A DNA stretch of 64,000 bases, taken from contig OZ219871.1 of assembly GCA_964291495.2 (NCBI GenBank), forward strand, positions 1,024,001 to 1,088,000, written 5' to 3'. Every line of letters starts with the position of its first letter. The first letter of the stretch is position 1. The position numbers and the translations under genes are program-made. This document shows positions 7,874 to 16,099 of the stretch, piece after piece. Under the pieces are notes generated by a model. That model was given only the letters and a program-made list of their open reading frames with translations. It was not told the DNA's origin and did not search any database. The DNA comes from Dehalococcoidia bacterium. GTDB lineage: Bacteria > Chloroflexota > Dehalococcoidia > UBA2979.

Positions 7874-10351
7874 ATGGGCGAGCTCGAAGCGCCGCTGACC
7901 GGCATCCGCGTGCTCGATCTCGGGCAGGCCGCCGTCGGCCCGGTCGCCGCCGAGTACCTTGCGTGGCTCGGCGCGGACGTGATCAAGGTCGAGTCGCCAC
8001 AGGGCGACATGGTGCGCAACACCCGGCCCGAGCTGCGCGGCATGGGCCACACCTTCCTCGGCAACAACCTCGGCAAGCGCGGGATCGTGCTCGACCTCAA
8101 GCAGCCCGAGGAGTTCGCGCGAGGCGAGGACCTGATCCGCACCGCCGACGTGCTGATCGAGAACTTCCGCTCGCCCGCCGTGATGGAGCGGCTGGGCCTC
8201 GGCTGGGAGCGCTTGCAGGAGCTCAACCCGCGCCTCATCTACCTGCAGAGCTCCGCCTTCGGTCCCGTCGGGCCGATGGTCGGCATGACCAGCAACGAGT
8301 GGTTCTCGCAGGCCGCCGGCGGGGCGACCAGCCTCAACGGCCAGTCCGGCGGCCCGCCCGAGTTCTCGCGCGGAACGCCCTCGATCGACTGGAACGGGGC
8401 GGCCGTCAACCTCGAGGCGCTGCTCGTCGGGCTGTGGGTGCGCGAGCGCACCGGCCGAGGGCTGCGCATCCACAACTCGCAGCTGCAGTGCACGATGTTC
8501 GGGGCGACCACGCGGATCGCCGAGTACCTCGCGACCGCCGAGCCGCCGCCGCGGCTCGGCAGCGCGCGCAGCAACATCGTGCCGGACCAGGCGTTCGCCA
8601 CCGCCGAGGGCTACGTGGCGGTGAGCGCGCTCAACCAGCGCCTCTGGACGCGGCTCTGTGGGGCCCTCGAGCGCCCGGACCTCGCCGCCGACCCGCGCTT
8701 CGCGAGCAACGCACTACGCGTCGAGAACCGCGAGGCGCTGATCCCGCTGCTGGAAGCGGCCTTCGCCGAGCGGAGCGCCTCGGAGTGGGTGGAGCGGCTG
8801 CACGCCGCCCGCGTCCCGGCCTCGGAGGTGCTGACCGGGCTGCCGCTGATCGAGGGCCTGCTGGCGCATCCGCAGGCAAGCGGGCAGCGCTTCCTCAGCG
8901 TGATGGACACGCCCTGGGGCGACATGGGCACGGCCGAGCCGCACTGGCGCTTCGACAAGTCCCGCGCGCGCATCACCAGCCCCTCGCCCGCGCAGGGCCA
9001 GCACACCGACGAGGTGCTGCGCGAGCTCGAGGACGAGGTGGCCGCGCTCCCGCCTCCGGCGCCCGTCGCGCGCATCGGCGCGCGCGGCAACGGCGCCACG
9101 GCGGCAAGCGATGACGCCGCGCCCGCCCTCGCGGGCCTGCGCGTGCTCGACCTCTCGCAGGGCGTCTCCGGCCCGATCTGCGCGATGCAGCTCGGCGACC
9201 TCGGCGCGGACGTGATCAAGATCGAGCCGCCCGAGGGCGACTGGATCCGCGAGATCGGCCCATTCCACACTCCGGCAGAGGGCGAGCCGGAAAGCGCGCT
9301 CTACCTGCAACTCAACCGCAACAAGCGCGGCATCGCGCTCGACCTCAAGTCGCCCGAGGGCAGGGCCGTCCTCGAGCGGCTGCTCGACGGCGCCGACGTG
9401 CTGCTCGAGGGCTACCGGCCGGGCGTGATGGAGCGCCTCGGCCTTGGCTACGAGGAGCTCTCGAAGCGCTATCCGCGGCTGATCTACCTCTCGATCAGCG
9501 GACAGGGCGCCGAGGGGCCGCTGGCCGAGGCGCCCGCGAGCGAGCTGGACGTGCAGGCCGTGGTCGGCTCCAACCGGCACCTCGGTCGGGCGAGCGAGCC
9601 GCCGGTCCGCTACGGCTACGACCTCGCCTCGGTGGGAGCCGGCATCGCCGGCGTGCACGGGGTGCTGACGGCGCTGCTCTGGCGCGAGCGGAACGGCCTC
9701 GGGCAGCACGTGCAGACCTCGCTGCTGCAGACCTTCATCGCGATGCACCAGTGGACGATCAGCGCGGAGCTCGCCGTCGAGGATCGCGTCGGCCGCCCCC
9801 TCACCGGCGCCGACGAGGAGCCCGACCACGGCTTCGAGACCGCCGACGGCCACGCGCTGATCACGATGCGTGGCGACGAGGGCGCCTGGGCCAAGTTCCT
9901 GATCGCCATCGACCGCCCCGAGGTGCTCCTCGACCCGCGCTACGAGGCGCCGGACACGCTGATGCGCAACCTGCACCTGCTGCCGCCGCTGGTGAACGAC
10001 CGCACGCGCCAGATCCCCTTCGAGGAGCTGCGCACGCTGGTGCAGGACGAGCTCGGCTACACGATCGTGCGCATGCACGACCTGCGCTCGCTGCTCGCGG
10101 ACGCGCAGACCGAGGCGCTTGGCATGATCCAGACGATCGAGGGCCACCCCACGCTCGGCCCGCTGCGCACGCTCAACGTCCCTTGGGGCTTCGAGGATGG
10201 CCTCGCCTCGCTGCGCCTCCCGCCGCCGCTGCTCGGCCAGCACGGCGCCGAGGTGCTGGCGGAGGCTGGCTACGAGGAGGCGGAGATCGCCCGCCTCGCG
10301 GAGTCGGGCGCGGTGCGCCTCGCGCCTCGGGCGGCGCTCGCCGGGGCGTAG
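7874..10351 (+). CDS. Tandem two-domain family III CoA-transferase
   Basis: Two copies of LxGxRVLDL...LGADVIK(V/I)E(S/P)PxGD...NxxKRGIxLDLK joined by an Ala/Pro linker. Confidence 0.9.
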   Translation: MGELEAPLTGIRVLDLGQAAVGPVAAEYLAWLGADVIKVESPQGDMVRNTRPELRGMGHTFLGNNLGKRGIVLDLKQPEEFARGEDLIRTADVLIENFRSPAVMERLGLGWERLQELNPRLIYLQSSAFGPVGPMVGMTSNEWFSQAAGGATSLNGQSGGPPEFSRGTPSIDWNGAAVNLEALLVGLWVRERTGRGLRIHNSQLQCTMFGATTRIAEYLATAEPPPRLGSARSNIVPDQAFATAEGYVAVSALNQRLWTRLCGALERPDLAADPRFASNALRVENREALIPLLEAAFAERSASEWVERLHAARVPASEVLTGLPLIEGLLAHPQASGQRFLSVMDTPWGDMGTAEPHWRFDKSRARITSPSPAQGQHTDEVLRELEDEVAALPPPAPVARIGARGNGATAASDDAAPALAGLRVLDLSQGVSGPICAMQLGDLGADVIKIEPPEGDWIREIGPFHTPAEGEPESALYLQLNRNKRGIALDLKSPEGRAVLERLLDGADVLLEGYRPGVMERLGLGYEELSKRYPRLIYLSISGQGAEGPLAEAPASELDVQAVVGSNRHLGRASEPPVRYGYDLASVGAGIAGVHGVLTALLWRERNGLGQHVQTSLLQTFIAMHQWTISAELAVEDRVGRPLTGADEEPDHGFETADGHALITMRGDEGAWAKFLIAIDRPEVLLDPRYEAPDTLMRNLHLLPPLVNDRTRQIPFEELRTLVQDELGYTIVRMHDLRSLLADAQTEALGMIQTIEGHPTLGPLRTLNVPWGFEDGLASLRLPPPLLGQHGAEVLAEAGYEEAEIARLAESGAVRLAPRAALAGA

Positions 10352-10416
10352 CGAACTGCCCTCGACGTGATGGCACGGGCATGCTACGATGCGTGCTCCC
10401 CCAAGAGAGAGGGCTC

Positions 10417-10638
10417 GTGCCCGAGCAGAGCGCCAACGGATCCGTCCCGCTGGACGTCGTGCGCCAGGTCGTGCGCGAGGAGATCGCGCCGCTCGCTCGC
10501 GACGTCACGCAACTGCGGAGGGACGTAGCCCAGTTGGCTGAGGGCCAGAAGGTGCTCCTCGAGGACATGGCCGAGGTCAAGCAGGTCGTGCGCGGACACG
10601 AGGCCCGAATCACCGCCCTCGAACGCGGCCAGCTGTAG
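10417..10638 (+). CDS. Small coiled-coil hypothetical protein
   Basis: GTG after AGAGAGG; heptad pattern LARDVTQLRRDVAQLAEGQKVLLEDMAEVKQVV. Confidence 0.55.
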   Translation: MPEQSANGSVPLDVVRQVVREEIAPLARDVTQLRRDVAQLAEGQKVLLEDMAEVKQVVRGHEARITALERGQL

Positions 10639-10661
10639 TCCTCGCCGACCGGCCGCTCGGG

Positions 10662-11072
10662 CTAAGCCCGCGCCCGCGGGTCCACGTGGTTGACGCGGTA
10701 GCGAAACTTCCAGCCCTCGGCCGTGCGCACGTAGACGTCGTCGTACCAGCCGGTCGCGAGGATGCGCGCGCGCGACTCGCCGGTGGTCGCGATCGTCACG
10801 AGGAACATCGCCTTGCCGCGCACGCTGCCATCGGCTTCCGGCTCCTGCAGCCGGATGTTGGACACCATGTGCCGCCGTGGCGTTGGCTCCTCGACCCAGC
10901 GGTTGGCGACCAGCTCGCGGATCGCCTCGCGGCCCCGCACCTCGCTGCCGGCGCGGCCGAAGACCGCATCCTCGCTGAAGAGCGCGGCGAAGGTGTCGTG
11001 GTCGGCGCTGTCGAAGGTGTAGCAGTAGTCCGTGATCAGGTCGTGGATCGCCTGCCGGTCCGCGGGGTCCAT
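10662..11072 (-). CDS. SnoaL-like / NTF2 family protein
   Basis: DRQAIHDLITDYCYTFD, LFSEDAVF, GREAI, HMVSN, GWYDDVYVRTAEGWKF; GGAGG upstream of the ATG. Confidence 0.85.
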   Translation of the reverse strand: MDPADRQAIHDLITDYCYTFDSADHDTFAALFSEDAVFGRAGSEVRGREAIRELVANRWVEEPTPRRHMVSNIRLQEPEADGSVRGKAMFLVTIATTGESRARILATGWYDDVYVRTAEGWKFRYRVNHVDPRARA

Positions 11073-11228
11073 CGTCGCCTCCGTTCGCAGCCGCACGCGC
11101 GCGGGCCATCGTAGCGGCCTCGTGCGTCCGATGACGGCCACGGGCTGGCAAGGCCTGTTGCGCGGGAGTAACCTTGGAGTTCGTCACGGGTTCAACAGCG
11201 CACGACCGCACGGGGAGGGAGGCGGACG

Positions 11229-12410
11229 ATGTCGATTCGCGGGAAGGCGGCGATCGTCGGGTTCAGCGAGCTCCCGACGCTGCGCCAGTACGGCGAACGG
11301 AGCACCACGGGCCTCCTCGCCGAGGTCGCCCGGGACGCGATCCGCGACGCCGGAATGCGCAAGGACGACATCGACGGCGTGATCAACCGCGAGGACGTGA
11401 ACTCCCTCGAGCTCTGCGAGGCGCTCGGCATCAGGCCCCGCTATACCTCCTCGATGACCACGCACGGGGCGAGCGGCGCGGCCTCGATCCTGACAGCGGC
11501 GATGGCCGTCGCCTCTGGCGTCGCCAGCAACGTGCTCTGCATGCTCGGCCAGTCGCGGCCGGCCAGCGCGACGCGGCTCGAGGCCGGGGCGGGCGCGCGT
11601 GGCGGCGGCGGCCCGGCCAACATCCTCACGGAGTGGGAGGCGCCGTTCGGCACCGTGATCGCCGCCAACGGCGGCTACGGGATGATCAAGGCGCGCCACA
11701 TGCACGAGTTCGGCACCACGCAGGAGCAGTTCGCCAAGTGCGCCGTCGACCAGCGCTTCAACGCGCTGCGGAACGAGAACGGGCTCTGGAAGGACCCGAT
11801 CACCATCGACGACGTGCTCAACTCGCGCTTCGTCAACGACCCGCTGCACCTGCTGGAGTGCGTGATGCCGTGCTCCGGCGCGAACGCCGTGATCGTCACC
11901 AGCGCGGAACGCGCGAGGGCGTTGCCGAACCCGCCCGTCTACATCCTCGGCGTGGGCGGACCGGCGACCAGCCACAGCGTCGTCTGGCAAAACGACAGCA
12001 TCACCACCACCCCGGTCGTGCAATCCGCCCCGGTGGCGCTGCAGATGGCGGAGTACAGCGCGCGCGACATCGAGTTCGCCCAGTTCTACGACTGCTACAC
12101 GATCCTCGCGATGATGTGCCTGGAGGACGCCGGGATCTGCGCGAAGGGCGAGATCGGGGCCTTCTACGAGAGCACGGACACGACCTACGAGGGCGACTTC
12201 CCGATCAACACCGACGGCGGCCAGATCTCGGCGGGCCAGCCCGGCGGCGGCGCCGGCGGCTTCCGCCACGTGGTGGAGGCGACCCGCCAGATCATGGGCC
12301 GAGCCGGGGTGAGGCAGGTGAAGAAGGGCGACCTCTGCCTTGTCAATGGCTGAGGCGGCACCGGCAGCGTCATGACGACGCTGGTGCTCGGTTCGGGCGC
12401 CACCCTCTAA
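11229..12410 (+). CDS. Thiolase-like protein (SCP2/Ltp2-type) with in-frame TGA at 12351-12353; full length 393 codons if recoded
   Basis: AAIVGFSE, PLHLLECVMPCSGANAVIVTS, FYDCYT, PINTDGGQIS, EATRQIMG. After the TGA the frame continues GGTGSVMTTLVLGSGATL-TAA, the expected final beta strand. Confidence 0.85.
12354..12388 (+). promoter_or_regulatory. Candidate bacterial SECIS-like hairpin immediately 3' of the UGA
   Basis: GCAC(CGG)CAGCGTC-ATGAC-GACGCTG-GTGC; the apical loop starts 18 nt after the UGA. Confidence 0.5.
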
Positions 12411-12443
12411 CTCCAGCAAGCAAAGACCACACCGAGGTCCACG

Positions 12444-12863
12444 ATGGCCGAATACGAGAAGCCTCTCCCGCGACAAGCAGACCCTGCGCTCACACAGCCC
12501 TTCTGGGACGCGGCGAAGCGCCACGAGCTGGTCCTCCCGCGCTGCCTCCAGTGCAGCCGCCACTTCTGGTACCCGCGGCAGGCCTGCCCGCGCTGCCTGA
12601 GCCCGGACTGGGAGTGGACGAAGGCGAGCGGCCGCGGCCGCCTCCACACCTACACGATCGTCCGCCAGCCGCAGAACCCCGCCTTCAACGACGACGTGCC
12701 CTACGCCTACGCGATGGTCCAACTCGACGAGGGCGTACGCATGATCTCGAACCTCGTCGACGTCGAGGTCCCCGACGGCGTGCGGATCGACATGGAACTC
12801 GAGGTGACGTTCGAGGACGTCACCGAGGAGTGGACGCTGCCGCGCTTCCGGCCCGCGTCGTAA
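12444..12863 (+). CDS. DUF35-type Zn-ribbon/OB-fold protein (thiolase partner)
   Basis: PFWDAAKRHELVLPRCLQC, YPRQACPRC, SGRGRLHTYT, VPYAYAMVQLDEGVRMISNL. Confidence 0.92.
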   Translation: MAEYEKPLPRQADPALTQPFWDAAKRHELVLPRCLQCSRHFWYPRQACPRCLSPDWEWTKASGRGRLHTYTIVRQPQNPAFNDDVPYAYAMVQLDEGVRMISNLVDVEVPDGVRIDMELEVTFEDVTEEWTLPRFRPAS

Positions 12864-12878
12864 CCCGCGGAGCGTCCC

Positions 12879-13292
12879 TCAGCGCTGCGGAGCCCCCTGC
12901 TCCAGCAGCGCCAGCGCGGCCTCGGCGGCACGGCCGGCGTAGGCGACGTACTCGGCCGGGCTCAACTCCTCGAGGGGTACGCGCAGCTCCGAGCGGGTCG
13001 TCGCCGGGTCGTCGGTGTCGAGCTGGTCGGCCTCGAAGCCGATACGCAGCTCGTAGAGGCCGCCGTCCTCGCCCAGCACGACGCAGCCGGGGGCGTCCTC
13101 GGCCTGGCCGCCCGGCGGCGGCTCGACCTCGATACCGTAGGAGAAGAACGAGCCGGGGTACTCCGGGAACGGGTCGAACGAGGCGGCGATCTCGCGCAGC
13201 AGCTCGCGGTACTCCCGCGCGGCCTGCTCCATGATCGCGTCGGCGTGCGCGCGGAAGCGCAGCGTCCCCCCGCTCGCGGCCTGCCCGCTCAT
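12879..13292 (-). CDS. Hypothetical protein
   Basis: Coding-like composition (LDPFP-like and GCVVLGEDGGLYEL segments); co-oriented with fbp. Confidence 0.65.
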   Translation of the reverse strand: MSGQAASGGTLRFRAHADAIMEQAAREYRELLREIAASFDPFPEYPGSFFSYGIEVEPPPGGQAEDAPGCVVLGEDGGLYELRIGFEADQLDTDDPATTRSELRVPLEELSPAEYVAYAGRAAEAALALLEQGAPQR

Positions 13293-13320
13293 CGTCCCCC
13301 CGAGCGGAGCTCGCCTCGCC

Positions 13321-13593
13321 TCATGACAGGCAATGGCAGTCCGTACTCAATTCGCCGTCCACCTCTTCGCGTTCGGCCCACTCGATCAACTCCTGGCGGT
13401 CGAGGGAGCAGATCTTGACGGACTCCCCCGTCGTGTAGCGCTGGCCCGGCTCCGCGATCAGCTCGCAGACGGCGAGATGCAACACGATCGGTATCGAGGG
13501 CTGCGGGGTGCGCCCGACGTTGAGTACGTAGCCCTCGGGCTGCCAGCGCGTCCACACCAGGTACGCCTCGTCGGCGTCGACGAACATCTGCAT
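13321..13593 (-). CDS. Hypothetical protein, possible metal-binding domain
   Basis: YLVW..PEGYVLN...VLHLAVC...KICS...WA...CHC. Confidence 0.6.
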   Translation of the reverse strand: MQMFVDADEAYLVWTRWQPEGYVLNVGRTPQPSIPIVLHLAVCELIAEPGQRYTTGESVKICSLDRQELIEWAEREEVDGELSTDCHCLS

Positions 13594-13626
13594 CGGGCGG
13601 CTCCCGTACCGCCGGGCTCCCGCCCC

Positions 13627-14724
13627 CTAGTCGATGTCCTCCCAGCGGTCGTGCAGCATCGCGGCGACGGCCGGCATCGTCGTGTACTCCATCTCGTCGA
13701 GGGGCAGGCGGTGCGGCTCGAACGGGCCGTGCTTGCGCAGGTAGTCGCTGACCCGGTTCGCCTCGTCGCGCGCGTTGTCGTACGAGGGGTCGTCAAACAG
13801 ATCGCGCGGACCGATCAGCATGCCCTCCGCCAGCTGGAAGCCGAGCGCGATGATCCGCGGCGGGCCATCGAAGCGCGAGGGGTGCGCCTGCTCCACCGAG
13901 GTCGGCATCCACGGCCCGTAGTGCGAGCCGCGCATGAAGCCCTCGACGGTCCAGGCGGTGGTGAACGGCTCGATCACCTCGCCGACCGCCGGGAAGTTGC
14001 CCTGGCAGCGCACGATCGCCGTCGGGTCGTCCTTCCCGATGTAGCGGCCAGCGATGAGCGAGAGCTTGTCGGTCGAGGAGACGGCGGCGACCTCGCCCGT
14101 GACGCGGCTGCGCACGCGCTTCACGGCGTAGCGCGCCGGGGAGCCGATGAAGACCAGCAGGTCGTACATCTCCTCGGGGCAGGCGAGGTGGATGCGCTTG
14201 TGCTCCTTGACGTCGTGGACCTCGTACTCGAAGCCCTTGTGCAGCGGCTCGGCGATCACGAGGCCGGCGGTGTTGAAGGGGTCGGCGAACATCTTGAAGA
14301 ACGGCAGGTTGAACGAGCCCGCCGAGGTCTTGTCGCCCATGAACACGATCACCGGCTCGGAGGGGCGCTCCTCCAGCTCCAGTTCGGCCGAGCCGGGGCC
14401 CGCGCCACGGATGTTGCCGGAGAAGGCGTCGACGAGGATGTCCTGTCCCGCGCCGTAGAGATGCAGCTTCTGGGCGACCGCGGTGCCGGTCTGGAACGTG
14501 TCCCAGGCGAGCTGGTGGACCGCCTCGTCGTCTTCGCCGCGGTCGTGCGACATCACGAGGAACAGGTCGTCGCCGCAGGCGTGCGCCTGCGCGTCGATCA
14601 GCAGCCCCGACTGCACGGCCTGGGCGAGCGACTCGCGGCCCGCGTCGAGCAGTTCGGGGTGCATCGCGGAGTGGCCGACGTAGCCGCCGACATCGGCCTT
14701 GATCACGCTCAGGGTTTGGGGCAT
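13627..14724 (-). CDS. fbp: Fructose-1,6-bisphosphate aldolase/phosphatase (class V FBPase)
   Basis: LSVIKADVGGYVGH, CGDD, LYGAGQD, FSGNIRGAGPG, DPFNTAGL, YIGKDDP, MRGSHYGP, GPFEPHRL. Confidence 0.95.
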   Translation of the reverse strand: MPQTLSVIKADVGGYVGHSAMHPELLDAGRESLAQAVQSGLLIDAQAHACGDDLFLVMSHDRGEDDEAVHQLAWDTFQTGTAVAQKLHLYGAGQDILVDAFSGNIRGAGPGSAELELEERPSEPVIVFMGDKTSAGSFNLPFFKMFADPFNTAGLVIAEPLHKGFEYEVHDVKEHKRIHLACPEEMYDLLVFIGSPARYAVKRVRSRVTGEVAAVSSTDKLSLIAGRYIGKDDPTAIVRCQGNFPAVGEVIEPFTTAWTVEGFMRGSHYGPWMPTSVEQAHPSRFDGPPRIIALGFQLAEGMLIGPRDLFDDPSYDNARDEANRVSDYLRKHGPFEPHRLPLDEMEYTTMPAVAAMLHDRWEDID

Positions 14725-14926
14725 GACGCCGTCCTTCGTCTCGCTCCTGCGGGCGAATCGTACTGTGCCGCCCGGCCTCGGTTGGGTGTGACGCGCCGCG
14801 AGGAACCGCGACGCTCCGTCGTTTCGCCGATTCTACACGACGGACCGTTAGCGCCCCGCGCGGTAACGCCCCGTCACACGCCGTATCCTGCAGTTGCCTC
14901 GAAGCGCTGAGCCGAGGGGGCGACCC

Positions 14927-15259
14927 GTGAAGCTGCTACGGGCGTCCGGCCTGCTCCTCGGACCTCCGGCGGCCGCGCTGGCGGTCGTGCTCTCGCGCGA
15001 TCCGGAGTTCGGGGACGCCGCCGGCGTCTGGCTGGGTCACTTTGCGATCAGCTACTGGCTGGTCATTATCCCGTGGACTGTGATCGCCGGACGGCTCGCG
15101 CCGCCCGACCCGCCCGGGACTGGTATCAGGCTTGTGCTGGCGACCGCCGGCTGCGCGGCGATGTACCTGCTCTTCTGGTGGGGAGGGCTCGGCTTCGGCG
15201 CCGCACTGCTGGTACTCGCTGTGCTCCCGCGCGCGAATTGGATCGCATCGAGCCGCTGA
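14927..15259 (+). CDS. Small membrane protein (hypothetical)
   Basis: GTG after GAGGGGG; 3-4 hydrophobic segments; TATCCT upstream. Confidence 0.55.
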   Translation: MKLLRASGLLLGPPAAALAVVLSRDPEFGDAAGVWLGHFAISYWLVIIPWTVIAGRLAPPDPPGTGIRLVLATAGCAAMYLLFWWGGLGFGAALLVLAVLPRANWIASSR

Positions 15260-15305
15260 GCCGCCGGCTCCCGCATCAAGGACCGTGAGCGCCCCGGCGC
15301 CGCCA

Positions 15306-16019
15306 TCAGCCGTAGCGCTGGCGCAGCTCGTCGCGGACGCGCTGCGCCAGCGGCTCGGTCAGCGCGCGCAGATCGCCGGCGAGGCGCGCGCCCTCGAGGA
15401 AGGCGTCGAGGGTGGCGATCGTCTCGAGGCCGCGCGTGCGGGCGTGTTCCTCGTTGGTCGCGCGGAAGCCCTGCAGCTTGCGCGGGCCCTCGCGGCCGCC
15501 CTCGGAGATGTACCAGTCGCGGAACGCCACGCCGCAGCCGAGGTCGAAGAGCAGCGCGCCGAGCGGCGTGGCGACGGGCGGCACGTCGGCCGCCAGCGCG
15601 CGCGCCGTGCTCGCCCGCGGGCGCGAGTCGTACTCCGCCATCAGGTGCCCGCCCGCCGGGACGAGGCCCGCGAGCTGCCCGAACAACGCCCGCTCGACCT
15701 CGGGCGATACGGGCTGCACGCCTCCGGCGGCGAGCGGCGGCGCGTCCGTGTAGTCGAGCACCTCGATCCAGTTGAAGCCGGGAAACGGCCCGGAGTTCTG
15801 CAGCCCGAAGATCACGGGCGCGGACGTCGGGCCCTCGGGGCCGTCGAGGATGCAGCGGAAGTAGGTCGAGCCGACGGAGCTGCGCGGCCCGAGCAGCACG
15901 ACGAGCCGCAGCCCCCCGACGAGCGAGGCGCCGTCGATGGGCGCGAGCGGGTGTTCGGGACGCTCGGACGCGGGCTGCCAGCGCCCGTCGGCGGGGTCGC
16001 CTCGCGGTGTCGTGGTCAT
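15306..16019 (-). CDS. DUF1122 family protein
   Basis: NWIEV, GGHLMAEYDS, TPLGALL, FRDWYISEGGREGPRKLQG. Confidence 0.8.
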   Translation of the reverse strand: MTTTPRGDPADGRWQPASERPEHPLAPIDGASLVGGLRLVVLLGPRSSVGSTYFRCILDGPEGPTSAPVIFGLQNSGPFPGFNWIEVLDYTDAPPLAAGGVQPVSPEVERALFGQLAGLVPAGGHLMAEYDSRPRASTARALAADVPPVATPLGALLFDLGCGVAFRDWYISEGGREGPRKLQGFRATNEEHARTRGLETIATLDAFLEGARLAGDLRALTEPLAQRVRDELRQRYG

Positions 16020-16099
16020 GCCCGCGACGCTAGCACGGGCGGTCGGGGTGGGCGAGCGCGGCAGTCCGCCCCAAACGGGCGAAGGGCTATCCTCGCACC

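Noticed and set aside
12351-12353. Genome-wide UGA reassignment (code 4/25)
   Set aside because: TGA is the genuine stop of fabF, tsaD, rpsT, ileS and proA in this window, so any recoding must be site-specific
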